This document shows, piece by piece, positions 36,809-55,832 of a DNA stretch of 64,000 nucleotides. Where the stretch lies: NCBI RefSeq assembly GCF_009914755.1, contig NC_060938.1. One strand, given 5' to 3'. The DNA is from the human T2T-CHM13v2.0 reference genome, Homo sapiens. A model generated the notes under the pieces. The model did not search any database, was not told the origin of the DNA, and saw only the letters and a program-made list of their open reading frames with translations. A program made the translations under genes and the position numbers. Numbering within the stretch: the stretch's first letter is position 1; each line of letters starts with the position of its first letter.

Positions 36809-37946
36809 CTAACTGTATGATTAAAAGAAAGGCTTTGAGCTGGGCGTGGTGGCTCACGCTTGTAATCCTAGCACTTCGGGAGGCCGAGGTGGGCAGATTG
36901 CCTTAGCTCAGAAGTTGGAGAACCAGCCTGGGCAACATGGTGAAACCTCGTCTCTACTAAAAATACAAAAAATTAGCCAGGCATGGTGGTGCACGCCTGT
37001 AGTCCCAGCTACTCGGGAGGCTGAGGCAGGAGCCTGGGAGGAGAAGGTTGCAGTAGACCAAGATTGTGCCACTGCACTCCAGCCTGGGCAATAGAGTGAG
37101 ACCCTGTCTCGGGGGGGAAAAAAAGGCTTTGAGTTTTTGCGTTATATTATAGAGGATGACTGGTCCAGGGATGTAAAACAAGCCAGAGTCGAGTCTTACA
37201 TTGAAAAGCATTAAGTTCAGTCCTCATAACAAAAAGAAAAATTGTGATCTTTGAGTGTCTATGCCATTTTGGGGGCAATGACATATATATTTTTGTAACG
37301 TATTAGACCCATGTAAGTGCATTAGACCCTCATTTTATATTCTCTTCTGAAAACCTGATTTCAATTCTTGCCTTTGTATTTTCTGAAAGGAAAGTAGCAA
37401 CAACTCTTAATATCTGCCTTCAATATGTTGAGAGCAGGACTGGCCAGCACCAAACATTTCTTGTCTTAGTACTATTTAAGGACCCTTCTGGTTAATCATG
37501 GGCCTCCTGAGTAACAAAAATTCCAAGATTTGTTCTTGAACACTGTGAATAGTAAGACCAAAACCATTTAACATGCTTCCGGATCATTTTTAAGCATAAA
37601 ATACTGAGAGAATCACTGAAGGGGGTGGGTTGTTCTCTTTTTAAACCTGACTTGTCCAAAAGGAGGTCAAGAAGGATCAGTACCAATACAACTCTCACCT
37701 TGAAGAATGCAGGAAATATGTTGGCACCTAATACATCTTTATCCAATTATCCAAAAGAATGTGTTCAAGCAAACATGACCCTAATTATTGGGTCTCACTA
37801 AAAAAGAAACATGCTATGCTCCCTGCTGCCTTCTCCAGGCACTAGCAGAAGGATGATGGATGGGTGGGTTGGCCACCTTCTCCCCTGGTGAATGTGCTCA
37901 TACAGCAGTTTGCTTGGTTTCTGTCATGGGTAAGCGCCTTATGTAA

Positions 37947-38201
<255 letters not shown>

Positions 38202-39924
38202 TGATCCACCCGCCTTTGCCTCCCAAAGTGCTGGGATTACAGGCGTAAGCCACTGTGCCTGGCCACCCTATTCTTTCAGTGTTTGAGTGCTTCCAGTTTT
38301 CTCTCTCCCTTCTCAACTTGACACTCCCAGTCACTCACTGCAAATGGACATCCAATGCCACTGTAACTGCTAACATCCTCTTGCTATCCTGCAAATATTC
38401 AGTCTTATCTAACCGTCTTCTGTTCTAAACCTTCACCATTCATCTCAAGTCCTTAGTTTTGTTCTTATTTCCTTCTATGTCAGTGAGAAAACAGAAGCCT
38501 GCTCAAATGATCCAGTGAACAATTTCAACTTTCCTCCCCCACACCACTAAACTTCTCTAAATTTTCACCTGATCCTCCTGGTTTCAGAAGTGGTCCTACT
38601 TCTTTCTTCCAAAGCTAATTCTCTACCTATACTATATCCTATTTCCCTGACACAGCCTCTGAGGCCTTTCTCCATTAATAGAATGTTTCTTCTCATACTT
38701 TCAAGTCCTCTTCTGAACTTGTTTTTTCCTCTTGGCCTTCAAACATGTTTAATACTCCTACATACTTAAGAATAGACAATAAAAACATTTTCTTTGTCAC
38801 TTATGCAAGCTACCCTGCTTATACCTCACCTCCTTCTACCCCCTACCTATCTTTCCTTCCCTTTATAATTAAACTTTTAAAAAATTCAGCATTTGCCTTC
38901 CTCACTCTCTCCCCTCACCATAATCTGACTTTTGTTTACACCACTACTGAATCTAGTTTCTTAGTTTTCATTACACCAATTAATTGTCAAATCCTAGACC
39001 TATTTGACATGGCTGGCCCTTCTCTTCTTGAAACATTTTCCTGTCTTAGCCTCTAACAGCATTTCTTCTGTTCTTCCTCATATCCTTCTGGCTGCTTGAT
39101 GTCTTTTCCTGCTCTATTTTCTTCATCCTGTGCTGATGCTTCCTGGGGCCAACAGCCTTCTTTTCTATAGATGAGAAAGAAAAGTGAAAAGAAGAGAAGA
39201 AAGAAAACCACATCTATTTTCAGCGCTTTACTATGGCCTTTACGTGTAACTCCTCATCTCATCTCTTTCTCTTCGTGTCCCTCTCACCCTTAGTTACTCC
39301 TAAGCTCAGTTCTGTATTTCCAAAATCATGCTGGACATCTCCACCTGGATACCCTACAGGCATTTCAAAAAACAGTATGGCCCCAACTACACTAAGGATA
39401 GTCTCTGCTCATTCTTTTCTTCTTTCAATACTTATTTCCATTACAAGCCTCAGTATTACCCTCACTGCCATGTAGAAATCAGTAGATAATTGTTAACTTT
39501 CTTTTCTCTCACTTTTTATAATTGCTTGGTAACTAAGTTCTGTAGACAACATCTTTTTGAGGCCTTTATCATCTTTTGCATGGATTAAACTAAATTTTTT
39601 TTTTTTTTTTTGAGACAGAGTCTCAATTGCTCTGCTTTTGCTCTGTCGCCAGGCTGGAGTGCAGTGGCGTGATCTCAGCTCACTGCAACCTCTCCTCCCA
39701 GGTTCAAGGGATTCTTCTGCCTCAGCCTCCTGAGTAGCTAGGACTAGAGGTGCGTGCTGCCATGTCCGGATAATTTTTGTAGATTTAGTAGAGACAGAGT
39801 TTCACCATGTTGGCCAGGATGGTCTTGATCTCTTGACCTCGTGATCCGTCCACCTCAGCCTCCTAGAGTGCTGGGATTACAGGTGTGAGCCACTGCACCC
39901 AGCCTTTTTTTTTTTTTTTTTTGA

Positions 39925-40236
<312 letters not shown>

Positions 40237-42170
40237 TAATTGTGCTTTTTGCAACCACTGCATTTTCAGTCAATTTCCTCCACTACCAGTTATTTTTCTG
40301 AAGTGAAAAATCTGTTATTAATCCTGATAAATACCCACTGTTAATAGGACAAAGTCCACACTCTTAGATGACATGCAGAGCCATTTATATTCTGGCTCTA
40401 ACTAACCTTTCTAGTCTCATCTCCAAGCATTTCCCACAAGGTATGCTATTCTCATGTTTTTCATGGCCGTGCCTCTGACTATACAATTTTCTCTACTGAA
40501 ATGCTCTACTCCACTCTCAGCCTAGCAGATTTTTCCAATTTGTTTTTTCATACAGTTTACACTCACTTCTTCTGGGAAGTCTTTCTCCCAGCCATTTCCT
40601 ATATCGTGCCCTCAAAGCACCTTGCAACTTCTATTCAAGTATACATGCTTTGGTATTGTAAATTCCTTATTTAAGTACCTGGGTTCCTCCTTTAACAGTC
40701 CCTCCCTCACTGGCTTTTATTCTTCTTCATAGCTATCCTAGCATCACATATTTTCTAAGACACAAATGTACATTATTTAATAAATTAGTGAAAATAAGAA
40801 GAAAAGCTATATAGTCTCTAAATGATCCTTCTCAAATTTAGCATTGTTCTTATTGGACTAATAAAGAGGGAATATGAATTTAATTGAAATAATATTTACT
40901 GAGCACCTTCTAATATATACAAAGAACTGTGGTAAGAATCAAGGCTACAAAATTTTCAAGATGGGAGAGGAAGGCAATGGAAGGAGACAGGGGTAGATAA
41001 CTCAATTCACTAGAAAAAATGCTATACTAGCATTATAAACAGTCAAGTAGAAAGAGGAGAGGATTAATTCTGCTTCCACAATGAGGGTAACAGTGGGAAA
41101 AAAGCTTTCATATACATAAAAATAGAGTATTTCATAAGCTAATTTACAGAACAAATAAAGCTAAGTTGTTATTTGGCAACTATGTTGCACTTAATTAAAA
41201 AAAAAAATCAAGCAAAAAATTTAGAAAACAAAAAATAGACAGAAAATTGTAGTTCCGGCTATTCAGGGGGCTGAGGTGGGGCAACTGCTTCAGCCCAGAA
41301 GTTCAAGGCAGCCTGGGCAACATAGCAAGACACCATCTCTAAAAAAAAGTGGCAATAAACAAACAAACCAAAGCAAGAAGATAAAGAATGAGGGGAAGTA
41401 GGAGATTCTTGTTGACTGAATGATAAGTGAAGACTTTCTTCTAAGATGATATTAGAACAAAGACTTACAAGAAGCAAGACACTGTTGATCTAAGAGAAGA
41501 GCTTCCTAGGTAGAACAGCCTGTACAAAAAAAAAAATCTTGAGCATGCCTAGTGTGTTTAAGGATAGCACTGGAGGTCAATGTGGCAGAAAAGAACAAAT
41601 GAAAAGGAAATGAGGTAGGAATGGTAGGAAATGAGAGTAGAGAGGTAGCTGTGGGCCAGGTCATCTTGGCCTTACAGCCATGGTTAAGAATTCTGGATTT
41701 TTTCTAAATGTGATGATGTTATGCAACAAAGAATTTGACTGGTCTTTGTCCCTGGCTCCTGGCAGGGAACTTCTAAACCCTTGAAATTTCCTGAGTGATA
41801 AAGTGTCACTGTTAATCAAGGTGGGCCCTTGGAACCACACCTGAGTTTGTGCTATGAAGGGAGGCTGGTTAGGAGGCTACTGCAGTGCTCTAGATAAGAA
41901 ATGATGGCAGCTTAGACCAAGGCAGTTGTGATGGAGATGGTGAGAAATGACTGAATTTATTCTGGCTTTGAAGTCTGGAATATATACTAGAGGGTTGCAT
42001 TTAAAGTTTTTTTAATCCTTGCACAGCAGCTGCATTCTATGTCTGGGATATGTCACGTTAGATTTACCTGGTCGCCTGTTGATGAACTCTTAGGCTGTTT
42101 TGCATTTTTTTTTCTGTTACAAACAATGTCACAATGAAGATGTTTACACATAACTCTTTTTTTTTTTTGA

Positions 42171-42275
<105 letters not shown>

Positions 42276-43674
42276 TGAGTAGCTGGGATTATAGGCATGC
42301 GCCACCATGCCCGGCTAATTTTGTATTTTTAGTAGAGACGGGGTTTCACCATGTTGGTCAGGCTGGTCTCGAACTCCTGACCTCAGATGATCTGTCCAAC
42401 TCGGCCTCCCAAAGTGCTGGGATTACAGGCATGAGCCACCGTGCCCGGCCTGCACATAACTCTTGTACACTTTTACAACAATCTCTAGCTACGCCATTCA
42501 CTTTGGAAAAAAAAGAACAGAATTGAGGTACTCTAATTTTTTGAACAGTCCTTAAGTTCAAGTATTTTTTTTTAAATAATTTTTGTTTTTGCTTAAGTTC
42601 AAGTATTTCTTCTTCATTTCCTATTTAAAGTTTTTTCTTCCCTGACTATAGAATTCTAGAAAATTAAAACCAAAAGGATCTTAGAGGTCCTTTACTTCAG
42701 TGGTTCTCAATGTCAGAGGATGTTATGATACCTAATCAAAATCTCCAGGGGAACTGTTTTGAACTCAACAGACTCTCTCCTGTTCTGAGAGACTCTGACA
42801 AAGTTGGGAGAGCTGCCAGGTACTGTCCACATGACCCTGACTGCCCATGATTCAATTACCTTGAATGGCTTATCCAGTCCAATACCTTCATTTCTTACAT
42901 GAGGAAACTGAAGCACGTATCACATAGTGATACAATGAAAACTTGGCCTTAATCGATTTTCAGTGCTGCCAGTACAATGTCTTGAGCATATCAATTTCTT
43001 CCAACCCTTGACAACATAAGGTACGACCATCAAATTTTTTATTTCTGCTAATTTATTAGACCAAAAAAACGGTATCTCACCATTGTTTACAGGATGATTT
43101 ATTACAGAGATTCATCTGAGCTATCTTAAAAGACAGCTGGGATTTCTGCAGAGTCATATATCAGAAGGAAAAAAAATTACTTGAAAACACAGGCTGGTTT
43201 AATAGCAGTAGGTTCTCTTGGACTAATTTTACTTAACCACGATCTTCCTTTCCCCTGTTCTCAGTTGCGAAGAAGACACTACTAAAAGCTCATGGACAGG
43301 ATTTTCCTCACTGCTCCTGTTGATACCATAACCTATAGACCAAGGTTTAAAAAAAACCACTGAATTTTACTTTTCCTTTCCCCTTAAGAAAATCTTCTCT
43401 TTACTCTGTTAGAATCGGCATGACAGTTTCTGAAAACTACAAAATTAAGGCCACGTAACACCAAACGGGACACAAAGTTGGTAAAATGGTTTTAACAGGC
43501 ACTTTAAAGGACTTCTCACGTATTATCTTGTTTAATCCTCATACTATTCAATAAGGAAAGAACTGTTATGAGACACAGAAAGGTGAAGGAACTTGCTCAA
43601 GGTTACACAGCTATTAAGTGGTGGAGCTGGGATCTGAACACAGTCAGTCTGACTCCAGAACTAGTGCTCTACAT

Positions 43675-43966
43675 TAGTGGTTCCCAACCTTTTTGGCACT
43701 GGGGACCAGTTTCATGGAAGAGAATTTGTCCATGGATGGAGTGGGGATGGGGGGTGGTTTGGGGATGAAAACTGTTCCATCTCAGATGAACAGGCATTAG
43801 ATTCTCAATAAGGAGTGCGCAACCTAGATCCCTTGCATGTACAGTTCACAACAGGGTTCGCGCTCCTATGAGAATCTAATGCTGCTGCTGATCTGACAGG
43901 GGGCGAAGCTCAGGTGGTAATGCTTGGCTGTCTAGGTCTGCTGCCCCATGACTGGGGACCCCCCTG
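43675..43966. mobile_element. hAT-Charlie non-autonomous DNA transposon, MER1B-like
   Basis: Terminal inverted repeats tagtggttccca.../...tggggacccccctg; perfect 8-bp TSD CTCTACAT (43667-43674 and 43967-43974). Confidence 0.85.
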
Positions 43967-44356
43967 CTCTACATCACTAAAACCTTTACCATCTGGCCCA
44001 AATCCACCTCTCCTCCTTCATGTTTTACCAATTCCACCTACTCATGGCTTCCAGGAAGCATTTTCTATAATCTACCTCCAGCCTAGCTACTTAAGTGACC
44101 ATTCCCATTATATCTTATAATGTCTGTCCCTGCACCTACCAAATTGTATTTATTTATTTATTTATTTATTTAATTTATTTATTTTTAGAGACAGTCTCTC
44201 CTCAGCCTGCCGAGTAGCTAGGACTACAGGCACACACCACTATGCCCAGCTAATTAAAAAAAAAAAATTTTTTTTGGGGCCGGGAAGTGCCTTACACCTG
44301 TAATCCCAGCACTTTGGGAGGCCGAGGTGGGCAGATCACCTGAGGTCGGGAGTTCA

Positions 44357-44605
<249 letters not shown>

Positions 44606-45008
44606 CTATGTTGCCCAGGCTGGTAACTCCAGGCCTCAAGTGTTCTTCTCACCTTGGCCTCCCAAAGTGTTGAGATTACAGGCATGAGCCACCAAGCCCA
44701 GACCCAAATTGTATCTAATTATCTGTTTGTAGGTTTTTGAACATAACTAAAGTACAAATTTCTTGAAGACAGGAACTGTTTTTTATCTGCCTTTGAATCT
44801 CTAACACTAAAGCACAGTGTCTGACACATAGCAGAAACTCAATAGATAACAACTGAATAAACGTAAGAAAGTACACATCCTATGCTCTTGTCTCGCAGGA
44901 CGATTTATTCTGTCTTAAATATTGTATCTTTGCTCAGGCTGCTTTCTCTACTCAGTAGAGACTTTTTACTTTTCTGACTGGTAAACCCCTACTCATTTTT
45001 GAAGATTA

Positions 45009-45392
<384 letters not shown>

Positions 45393-46092
45393 CTACCCTG
45401 CCTGGAATAATTATTTCCTCCTCTATGCTCCCACAGTATTTTTCTAAACCGCATCATAACACTTTCTGAGCTCTACAGTAATTATTCTCATAGGTAATGC
45501 ATTCTTGCCAGAGACTATGCACTACTGAGTGCAGGGAGGGTGCCTTTATCTTTCTGTGTCCAATGCCTAGCATCATGCCTGACACACTACTGACCCTCAT
45601 TAAGTATTTGTGGAATGAATGAATGAATGTTGAAGCATGAAGGTGAAAATATTAGTTATTCTCATCAGGAACAACTGACCTATCATAAAACGGCTAGTAC
45701 CACTGAATCCATCTAGGAGGGTAGAAGCAAAGAGCTTTCGATGTTACCTTTCCTAGGATACCAAAAGCCTTCAAAGGAACTCACTTTAAGTAGAAAAAAA
45801 TGGCTGAAGCTAATGGAAATGGATCATGTGATGATTAATGAGGATGAACTCAATTATCTAAGCTATGATAAGCAAGTCTTTAAAATGGATCTCAATTTAC
45901 TATAACTGTCAAAGCATCTGTCCAAATGTTCCTGGGGAAAGAATACAATTGTGCTGTTTTTGCTTGGAAACAATGAAGGGAAAAAAAAACCCAGCCAGTC
46001 ACTTTTACTGCATTGTTATAGAACAGTTCCTTCAAAGACCTGTGATGATCTGAGCTGAGTATTAACACTTCATTCTGATTGACAAGACTTAC

Positions 46093-46255
46093 CTCAGGAA
46101 CTCTTTGCTCTGTTCCCACAGATCTTGGGTCTCTTCTTTAGACATGTGTTTGTCCAGGTTACATACATTAGGTTTCTGGGAATATAACTTAAGGCACTGT
46201 TTCACCCAGTGCCACTGGTAACCTGGGAGGAAGGGGTTTGGGATAAAAATAAACC
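46093..46255 (-). CDS. ALKBH1: ALKBH1 coding exon 3 ([16 protein letters not shown]...SKEFLR)
   Basis: Acceptor TAG|GG, donor GAG|GTAAGT; 163 nt; phases 1/2 fit the neighbouring exons. Confidence 0.97.
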
Positions 46256-47002
46256 CTATACAAAAGATGGGTGGGAAAAAAAGAAGAGGGGGAAATTCTC
46301 CATCAGTTATTCAAATAATTTTGACATCTTTATACTCACTATTTTGTTATTTACTCCCCATATTTTTTTGGTCATGCTTCAAGTTAATGAACAGGTAGGT
46401 TTTGATGAACATTAGACATCTACCCCTATGCAAATGTGTCTGGCTTTCTGGGTATTCTCAAGAGAAATAAATATTCCACAACAACTGTTATCCCAAAGCA
46501 AACTTTAGAATTGGAAGTGGTAAAAGTACACCTCTAATTTTTATCAGGTCTTGACACTTAGAGTCATCCGAGACTTCTTTACCTCCCTATTTCATTTATT
46601 ACAGGCATGATTACACGAAATCTTATAATGAATTTTAGCTAAAACATAGATTTGAAAGTCATCGTCTAATGAATGGCGTGCTCATTATTGGTCTATTTTC
46701 TCTCAGTTTCAAATCCACTCTTCTATACTTAGCTTCATAATATGGGGCTGAGACCCTGCCAGCTACATTTCTTATTTGCCAGCTGGCTGTCTGCTAACCT
46801 GTGCCTATAAGGGTCACTAATGGAAGACTGGAGGGCGGAAGTTGGTTCTAATGTAGCTTTTCCACATCACTAGAATCAGCCTCATTATGTCCTCTCCTCA
46901 GAAGTCTAAGCCCCAGTTCCATGTAGTCCCTTTTCCAAGCTTCTCAATGTAGTAATCCCAAGCTCTTTTGTTGTTCTTCTCAGCTGCAGGGGTGACAGTT
47001 GC

Positions 47003-47086
47003 TTCCTGCAGTTACTGTCTCTGTAATATCTCAGTGTTTGCAAATTCCTGCAGTTAGTGTCTCTGTATTATCTCAGTGTTTGTAAA
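47003..47086. repeat. 42-bp tandem duplication at the edge of an old LTR33-like fragment
   Basis: ttcctgcagtta(c/g)tgtctctgta(a/t)tatctcagtgtttg(c/t)aaa present twice. Confidence 0.85.
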
Positions 47087-47106
47087 CAATTACAGCATGT
47101 GTGTTA

Positions 47107-47283
<177 letters not shown>

Positions 47284-47496
47284 CTAAAATACAAAAATTA
47301 GTTGGGCGTGGTGGCACGCACCTGTAATCCCAGCTACTCAGGAGGCTGAGGCAGGAGAATCACTTGAACCCAGGAGGTGGAGGTTGTAGTGAGCCAAGAT
47401 CACGTCACTGCACTCCAGCCTGGGCGACAGAGCCAGACTCTGTCTCAAAAACAAAAGATAAATAATAATATTTAACTGGAATCCTACGCATGGTAA

Positions 47497-49381
<1,885 letters not shown>

Positions 49382-50047
49382 TTAGAGATAAAGTGATAAA
49401 AAACCTTGTCTGGAGAGGGGGCAATAAAGACAAGTTAAACTCCTTTTTGTAAGACCAGCTATGAAAGAAAATAAAAGCTTAGGCATAGTCACAGAAAAAT
49501 AGAGTTAAGAGGGTAGTTTTTGGTTTTTAAGGACTGGCAAGACCTAAGTATGCTTACAGATTGTGAAGAAAGAGCCAACAGGGAAGAGCCACTTGGAAAC
49601 AGAAGAGAGGAAAGAAATAGAGCAAGGTCTTGAAAGCTGGAAGAGGTTTAAGAAGGTGAGATGGATCAAGAGGGTAGAGAGACTGGCTTTGAACTAAAGG
49701 AACTCCTCCTCTACGACTGGATGGTGGAAATGAGAACATTTGCTTATAAGTGTTGGGGGCATTGAAGGCTCAAAGGGTTTGTGCCTGAGGGACTCAGTTT
49801 TCCCAATAAGATAAATAGCAAGGTCATCTCAACAAAAGTGAGCATGGTTGGACAGGTCCTGAGGAACAAGAAGGAATCCAAGCAATGATATAAAAGCCAA
49901 GCATCATATATTAGTGTAATGTTCCCCTTGCAAAAGGATTTTAAAAACAGATGAACAGACTAAAGCTTAAGGATTTCTGAATTAAATGCTGGCAATAATT
50001 TGAAGGTCTTCTTCAGTTCCTGGTTGAACTCCAGATCTAGTCTAGAC

Positions 50048-50558
50048 CAGAGGTCAGCAAATGTTTTCTGTCAAGAACTAGATAGTAAAGACTAGGCTTC
50101 GACAGTTATTTGGTCTCTTTATTTTTATTTTTTTGAGACAGAGTCTTGCTCTGTCACCCAGGCACAATCTTGGCTCACTGCCACCTCCACCTCCCTGGTT
50201 CAAGCGATTCTTCTGCCTCAGCCTCCTGAGTAGATGAGATTACAGGCTTGGACTACCATGCCTGGCTAATTTTTGTATTTTAATTTATTTTCTATTTTTA
50301 TTTTTTAGTAGAGACGGCATTTTGCCATGTTGGCCAGGCTGGTCTTGAACTCCTGGCCTCAACTGATCTGCCCGCCTCGGCCTCCCAAAGTGCTGGGATT
50401 ACAGGCCTGAGCCACTGCGCTTGCCCTTATTCGGTCTCTTTAGCACTCAATTCTGTCACTGTAGCCAGAAAGCAGCCATACATAGTAAGTAAACAAAAAG
50501 GTGTGGCTGTATTCCAATAAAATGTATTTACAATAAAACTGCAGTTTGCCAAGTCCTG
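50048..50558. mobile_element. MER58A-like hAT DNA transposon interrupted by an Alu (about 50118-50426)
   Basis: cagaggtcagcaaa...tttgccaagtcctg termini; degenerate 8-bp TSD gtctagac/gcgtagac. Confidence 0.7.
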
Positions 50559-51245
50559 GCGTAGACTATTAGCAATAACGACACATTTTATGGAAATATC
50601 CTTAGGGAGAATTACTATGGAAAGCAGACAGTAAAGACACTGAGCCGAGAGCCTAAAACAGAAACAACTTTGTTATTACTTAACTACTTTTCCTCTTTTC
50701 TCTTTGGCATATAATTTAGTCATAAATTAATGGAATAATGATAAAGTTTAATAACAGCAATTAACAATAAGTAAGTTTATTCCTAAGTCATTAATTATAG
50801 TAGCTGCTAAAAATAACTAGATGCCTACAAGTGTCAGACACTGTGCCAGCAACCTTATGCTATCTCATTAATCTTCAGTAACTCTATGAGGAAGTTATTA
50901 ATCCAGTTTTGCAGATAAGAGAACAGAATTTCAGAGGGGTAACATGGCTTCACTGATTCATCCCTCTCTCCTGGCCCATCACAAGGCTAGCACACATTTG
51001 AGATAAGACAAACAAACAATCTGGGATACGACAAACAGAGTTGGATTTGTGGCCATGGAACAAGCAAAACCAGTAAGCCCACATAAGCAACAAACCTATG
51101 CTCTTTGCATTATAAATATTAGGTTCTGGCTGGGCGCGGTGGCTCATGCCTGTAATCCCAGCACTTTGGGAGGCAAGGAGGGCGGATCACGAGGTCAGGA
51201 GATCAAGACCATCCTGGCTAACACAATGAAACCCCGTCTCTACTA

Positions 51246-51452
<207 letters not shown>

Positions 51453-52146
51453 CTAACCAAACAAATCTCTGAACAATATCATCAATGGTCCACTATCAGA
51501 ATTTCAAAGAGATTTAAAACCACATATGGTTCAGCTGAAAGGAGGTTATGCCATCGTAGAAATACACAGGAAATAACCTGAAGATTCCTCTACTGTACTA
51601 AATCTTACTAAAAGCACTTAAAATTCTATGTCTAGATTCTTGCAGATATAGAAAAAAACTAGATAGCTTAGAGATATTCAATGTGGACAGGTTCCTCATT
51701 GCAGTTGATTAATCCTGTTCCACCATTTAATATTATCAATAGCATATACTCCAAAGTAAACCTAATGACCAAAGTCAATGAGCTTTTGGCATCAAGGAAA
51801 CCTCATACAGACAAAGTTTACCAGTAATCTGATTTTTCATATGTCTTCTAAAGTAGCTCCAAAATACATTTGGATTTTATGTTTCATTTATCAGTAAAAT
51901 TCTCCAAATAGTTTGGGAGAATGATAGGATCATCAATATTATGGAAAAAGATAGGAAACCCCCCGACAACCTACCACCTGCTATCACCACAATTTCACGA
52001 AATAAAGAATATTATAATATTCCCAAACATATTAGACTAAAGGAATAATACTTCTGGTTTAGTCCAAGCTTGAATGGTGACAGGAAATTTAACATCTCTT
52101 TAGGCAGTCCATTTTAGACAACTGTTGTCTTCTTTTTAGTGGGTTA

Positions 52147-52299
<153 letters not shown>

Positions 52300-53291
52300 T
52301 TAGCTGGACATGGTGGTGCAAGCCAATGGTCCCAGCTACTAGGCAGGCTGAGGTGGGAGGAACCTTTAAGCCTGGGAGGTCAGGGCTGCAGTGAAGCGTG
52401 ATTGTGCTACTGCACCCCACTGGGTGACAGAATGAGACCCTGTCTCAAGAAAACAAACAAAACCAAACTCTGCCCATCTTGCATCTACATGTTCTCCAGA
52501 TTAAAAAAAAAATCTGCCTCTCTATAATTTTCAGTCATTGGTCTTGGGTTCTGACACCTAGAGCAACCCCAAATCATTTTTAAGTGCTTGATAAATGCAC
52601 TGATCTAAGCAGTTAACATATACATTAACATTTAATCCTCATAAGAACCTTATGAAGTAGGTACTATTTTTATATACATTTTACATATGATGAAACTGAG
52701 GGCAAGAGAATTTAAAAACTTGCCCAAAGTCTTACAGTTAGTAGATGGCAGAGCCAGGATATGAACCCAGGTAACCTGGCACCAGAACCTACGCCTTAAC
52801 CACTGGTGTGCACTGCTTCCCACCACTTCTTGTGCAGGACAATTTTTCAATGTTTAATGCTGTCAAGTTCCCCCATAAGTCTTTTCTTCCCTAGATTCTG
52901 TTTCTGGTTTCCAGGCCTATTATCCTCTTGTTCAAGAGGATGTGTCCTCACACAAGTGTGAGGACAGGTTGTAGTATACTCAGCTTCCTTCAGATTAAGT
53001 CAGATCCAGAAGTAAACACAATCCTTTTGATCAACTCAGAGTAAGAAGAGACTGTTCTCTCCTGTATTTTGGACATTATATTTCTATTAAATACAGCTTA
53101 TAGGGGAAAGTAAGTAAAAAATAAATAAATAAAATAAACACAGCTTATAATGGCAAGAGAGACAGAATAAACTCTCCAAGGATATAATGGGACACCCACC
53201 CAAAAGATGTGGCTTAATTAAGCAGTAAATCCTAGAAAGCCTCAGAAAGCAAGTACAGCAGTTTAGACAATTTAAAACTCAAGTGGGGTTA

Positions 53292-53686
<395 letters not shown>

Positions 53687-54871
53687 CTAGAGTTGAAAGG
53701 TGAGGAGCGGCCTCCAAGAACAAGACTATTGGTGATGCATGCTCTACATTTACCCAAACTCAAGAGGAGCCAGGCTGTTATATCTTCCCAAGCTATTAAC
53801 AAGTATTTCGGTGGTCATAACGTATTAAGAGCTGTACCATAGAGTCCTGGCCATTGGCACAATGAAAACTAACATTTCTTTTTAAAGATTTCTCTTACTT
53901 TTAACCCATATTTGAAATCACAAGTGCAATGTTAACTTTTACAATGGCCCCAGGAGCCTAGAAAAAAGGTTAATAACATTACCTATTCTTCATTATTTTC
54001 TTAATTTCATTCTCTGTAAAAGCAGCTACCTAACATTACTAAATTTAAAATTGCAGACGAATCTATTCTGCAAAATGAGATGGGTCTCATTTTGTCACCC
54101 AGGCTGGAGTGCAGTGGCACGATCTCGGCTCACTGCACCCCAAGCAATCCTCCTACCTCAGTCTCCTGAGTAGCTGAGACTACAGAGGCATGCCACCACA
54201 CTTGGCTAATTAAAAACATTTTTTTTGGCCAGGTGAGGTGTCTCACGCCTGTAATCCTAGCACTCTGGGAGACCGAGGCGGGTGGATCACTTGATGTCAG
54301 GAGTTCGAAACCAGCTTGGCCAACATGAAACCCTGTCTCTACTAAAAATACAAAAATTAGCTGGGCGTGGTGGCATATACCTGTAGTCTCAGCTACTCGG
54401 GAGGCAGAAGAATCACTTGAACCTGGCAGGCGGAGGTTGCAGTGAGCTGAGATTGTGCCACTGTACTCCAGCCTGGGCGACAGAGTGAGACTGTCTGGGA
54501 AAAAAAAATTTTGTTTTGTAGAGACAGGGTCTTACTATGTTACCCGGGCTGGTCGCAAATTCCTGGGCTCAAATGATCCTCCCACCTTGGCCTTCTAAAG
54601 TGTTGGGATTATAGGTGTGAGACACCTCGCCTGGTCCCTATTAGGACTTTCTTTTTTTTTTTTTTGAGATGGAGTCTTGCTCTATTGCCCAGGCTGGAGT
54701 GCAGTGGCACAATCTCGGCTCAACAAGCTCTGCCTCCCGGGATCATGCCATTCTCCCACCTCAGCCTGCCGAGTAGCTGGGACTACAGGGGCCCGCCACC
54801 ATGCCCGGCTAATTTTGTTTTTGTATTTTCAGTAGAGATGGGGTTTCACCTTGTTAGCCAGGATGGTCTCA

Positions 54872-55286
<415 letters not shown>

Positions 55287-55723
55287 TAAATATGTTCAGC
55301 CTTGATAGCAACAAGTTTTAAGTTGTTATGCCATTTGAGAATGTGACTAGAGGGACAATTATGAATTATTCATAACTATTATGACATTTATTACAATGAT
55401 AATGATAAATTATTCTTCACAGCACTTCTGCCAAATCAGATGTTCAGAGTTGTGGCAGGGAGCCCAGAGGCAATGTCCTTATTTTTTCAATGGTCATGCC
55501 ACTTTCAGCCACATTTGCAGGCACTGCTGACTCCTGTTCTATCCTTTCAAAACGGACGTCTTAGACAAGGTACAGTCTAGAATGGGTTTGGAAATGAAAC
55601 ATTTATCTGTTTATTATGTGTATCCTTTGTCTATTTACTTGCTCACACACAGTACCTTCTTTGAAGACATGAAGACATAAATGATTGAGTGATATTGCCT
55701 TCTCTGAGGTCAGTTACACTCAC

Positions 55724-55832
55724 CAGGATAGCCTTTGAGTCCATAGGCTTGCCACTTGCTGACGGGCTGAAGACCTGCTCTATATGCATTCTGCTCACTG
55801 ACAGAAGACACATTTAGCTGAGATTTGATCAC
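55724..55832 (-). CDS. ALKBH1: ALKBH1 coding exon 2 (VIKSQLNV...GLKGYPG)
   Basis: Acceptor CAG|GTG, donor CTG|GTGAGT; 109 nt; phase continues exon 1. Confidence 0.97.
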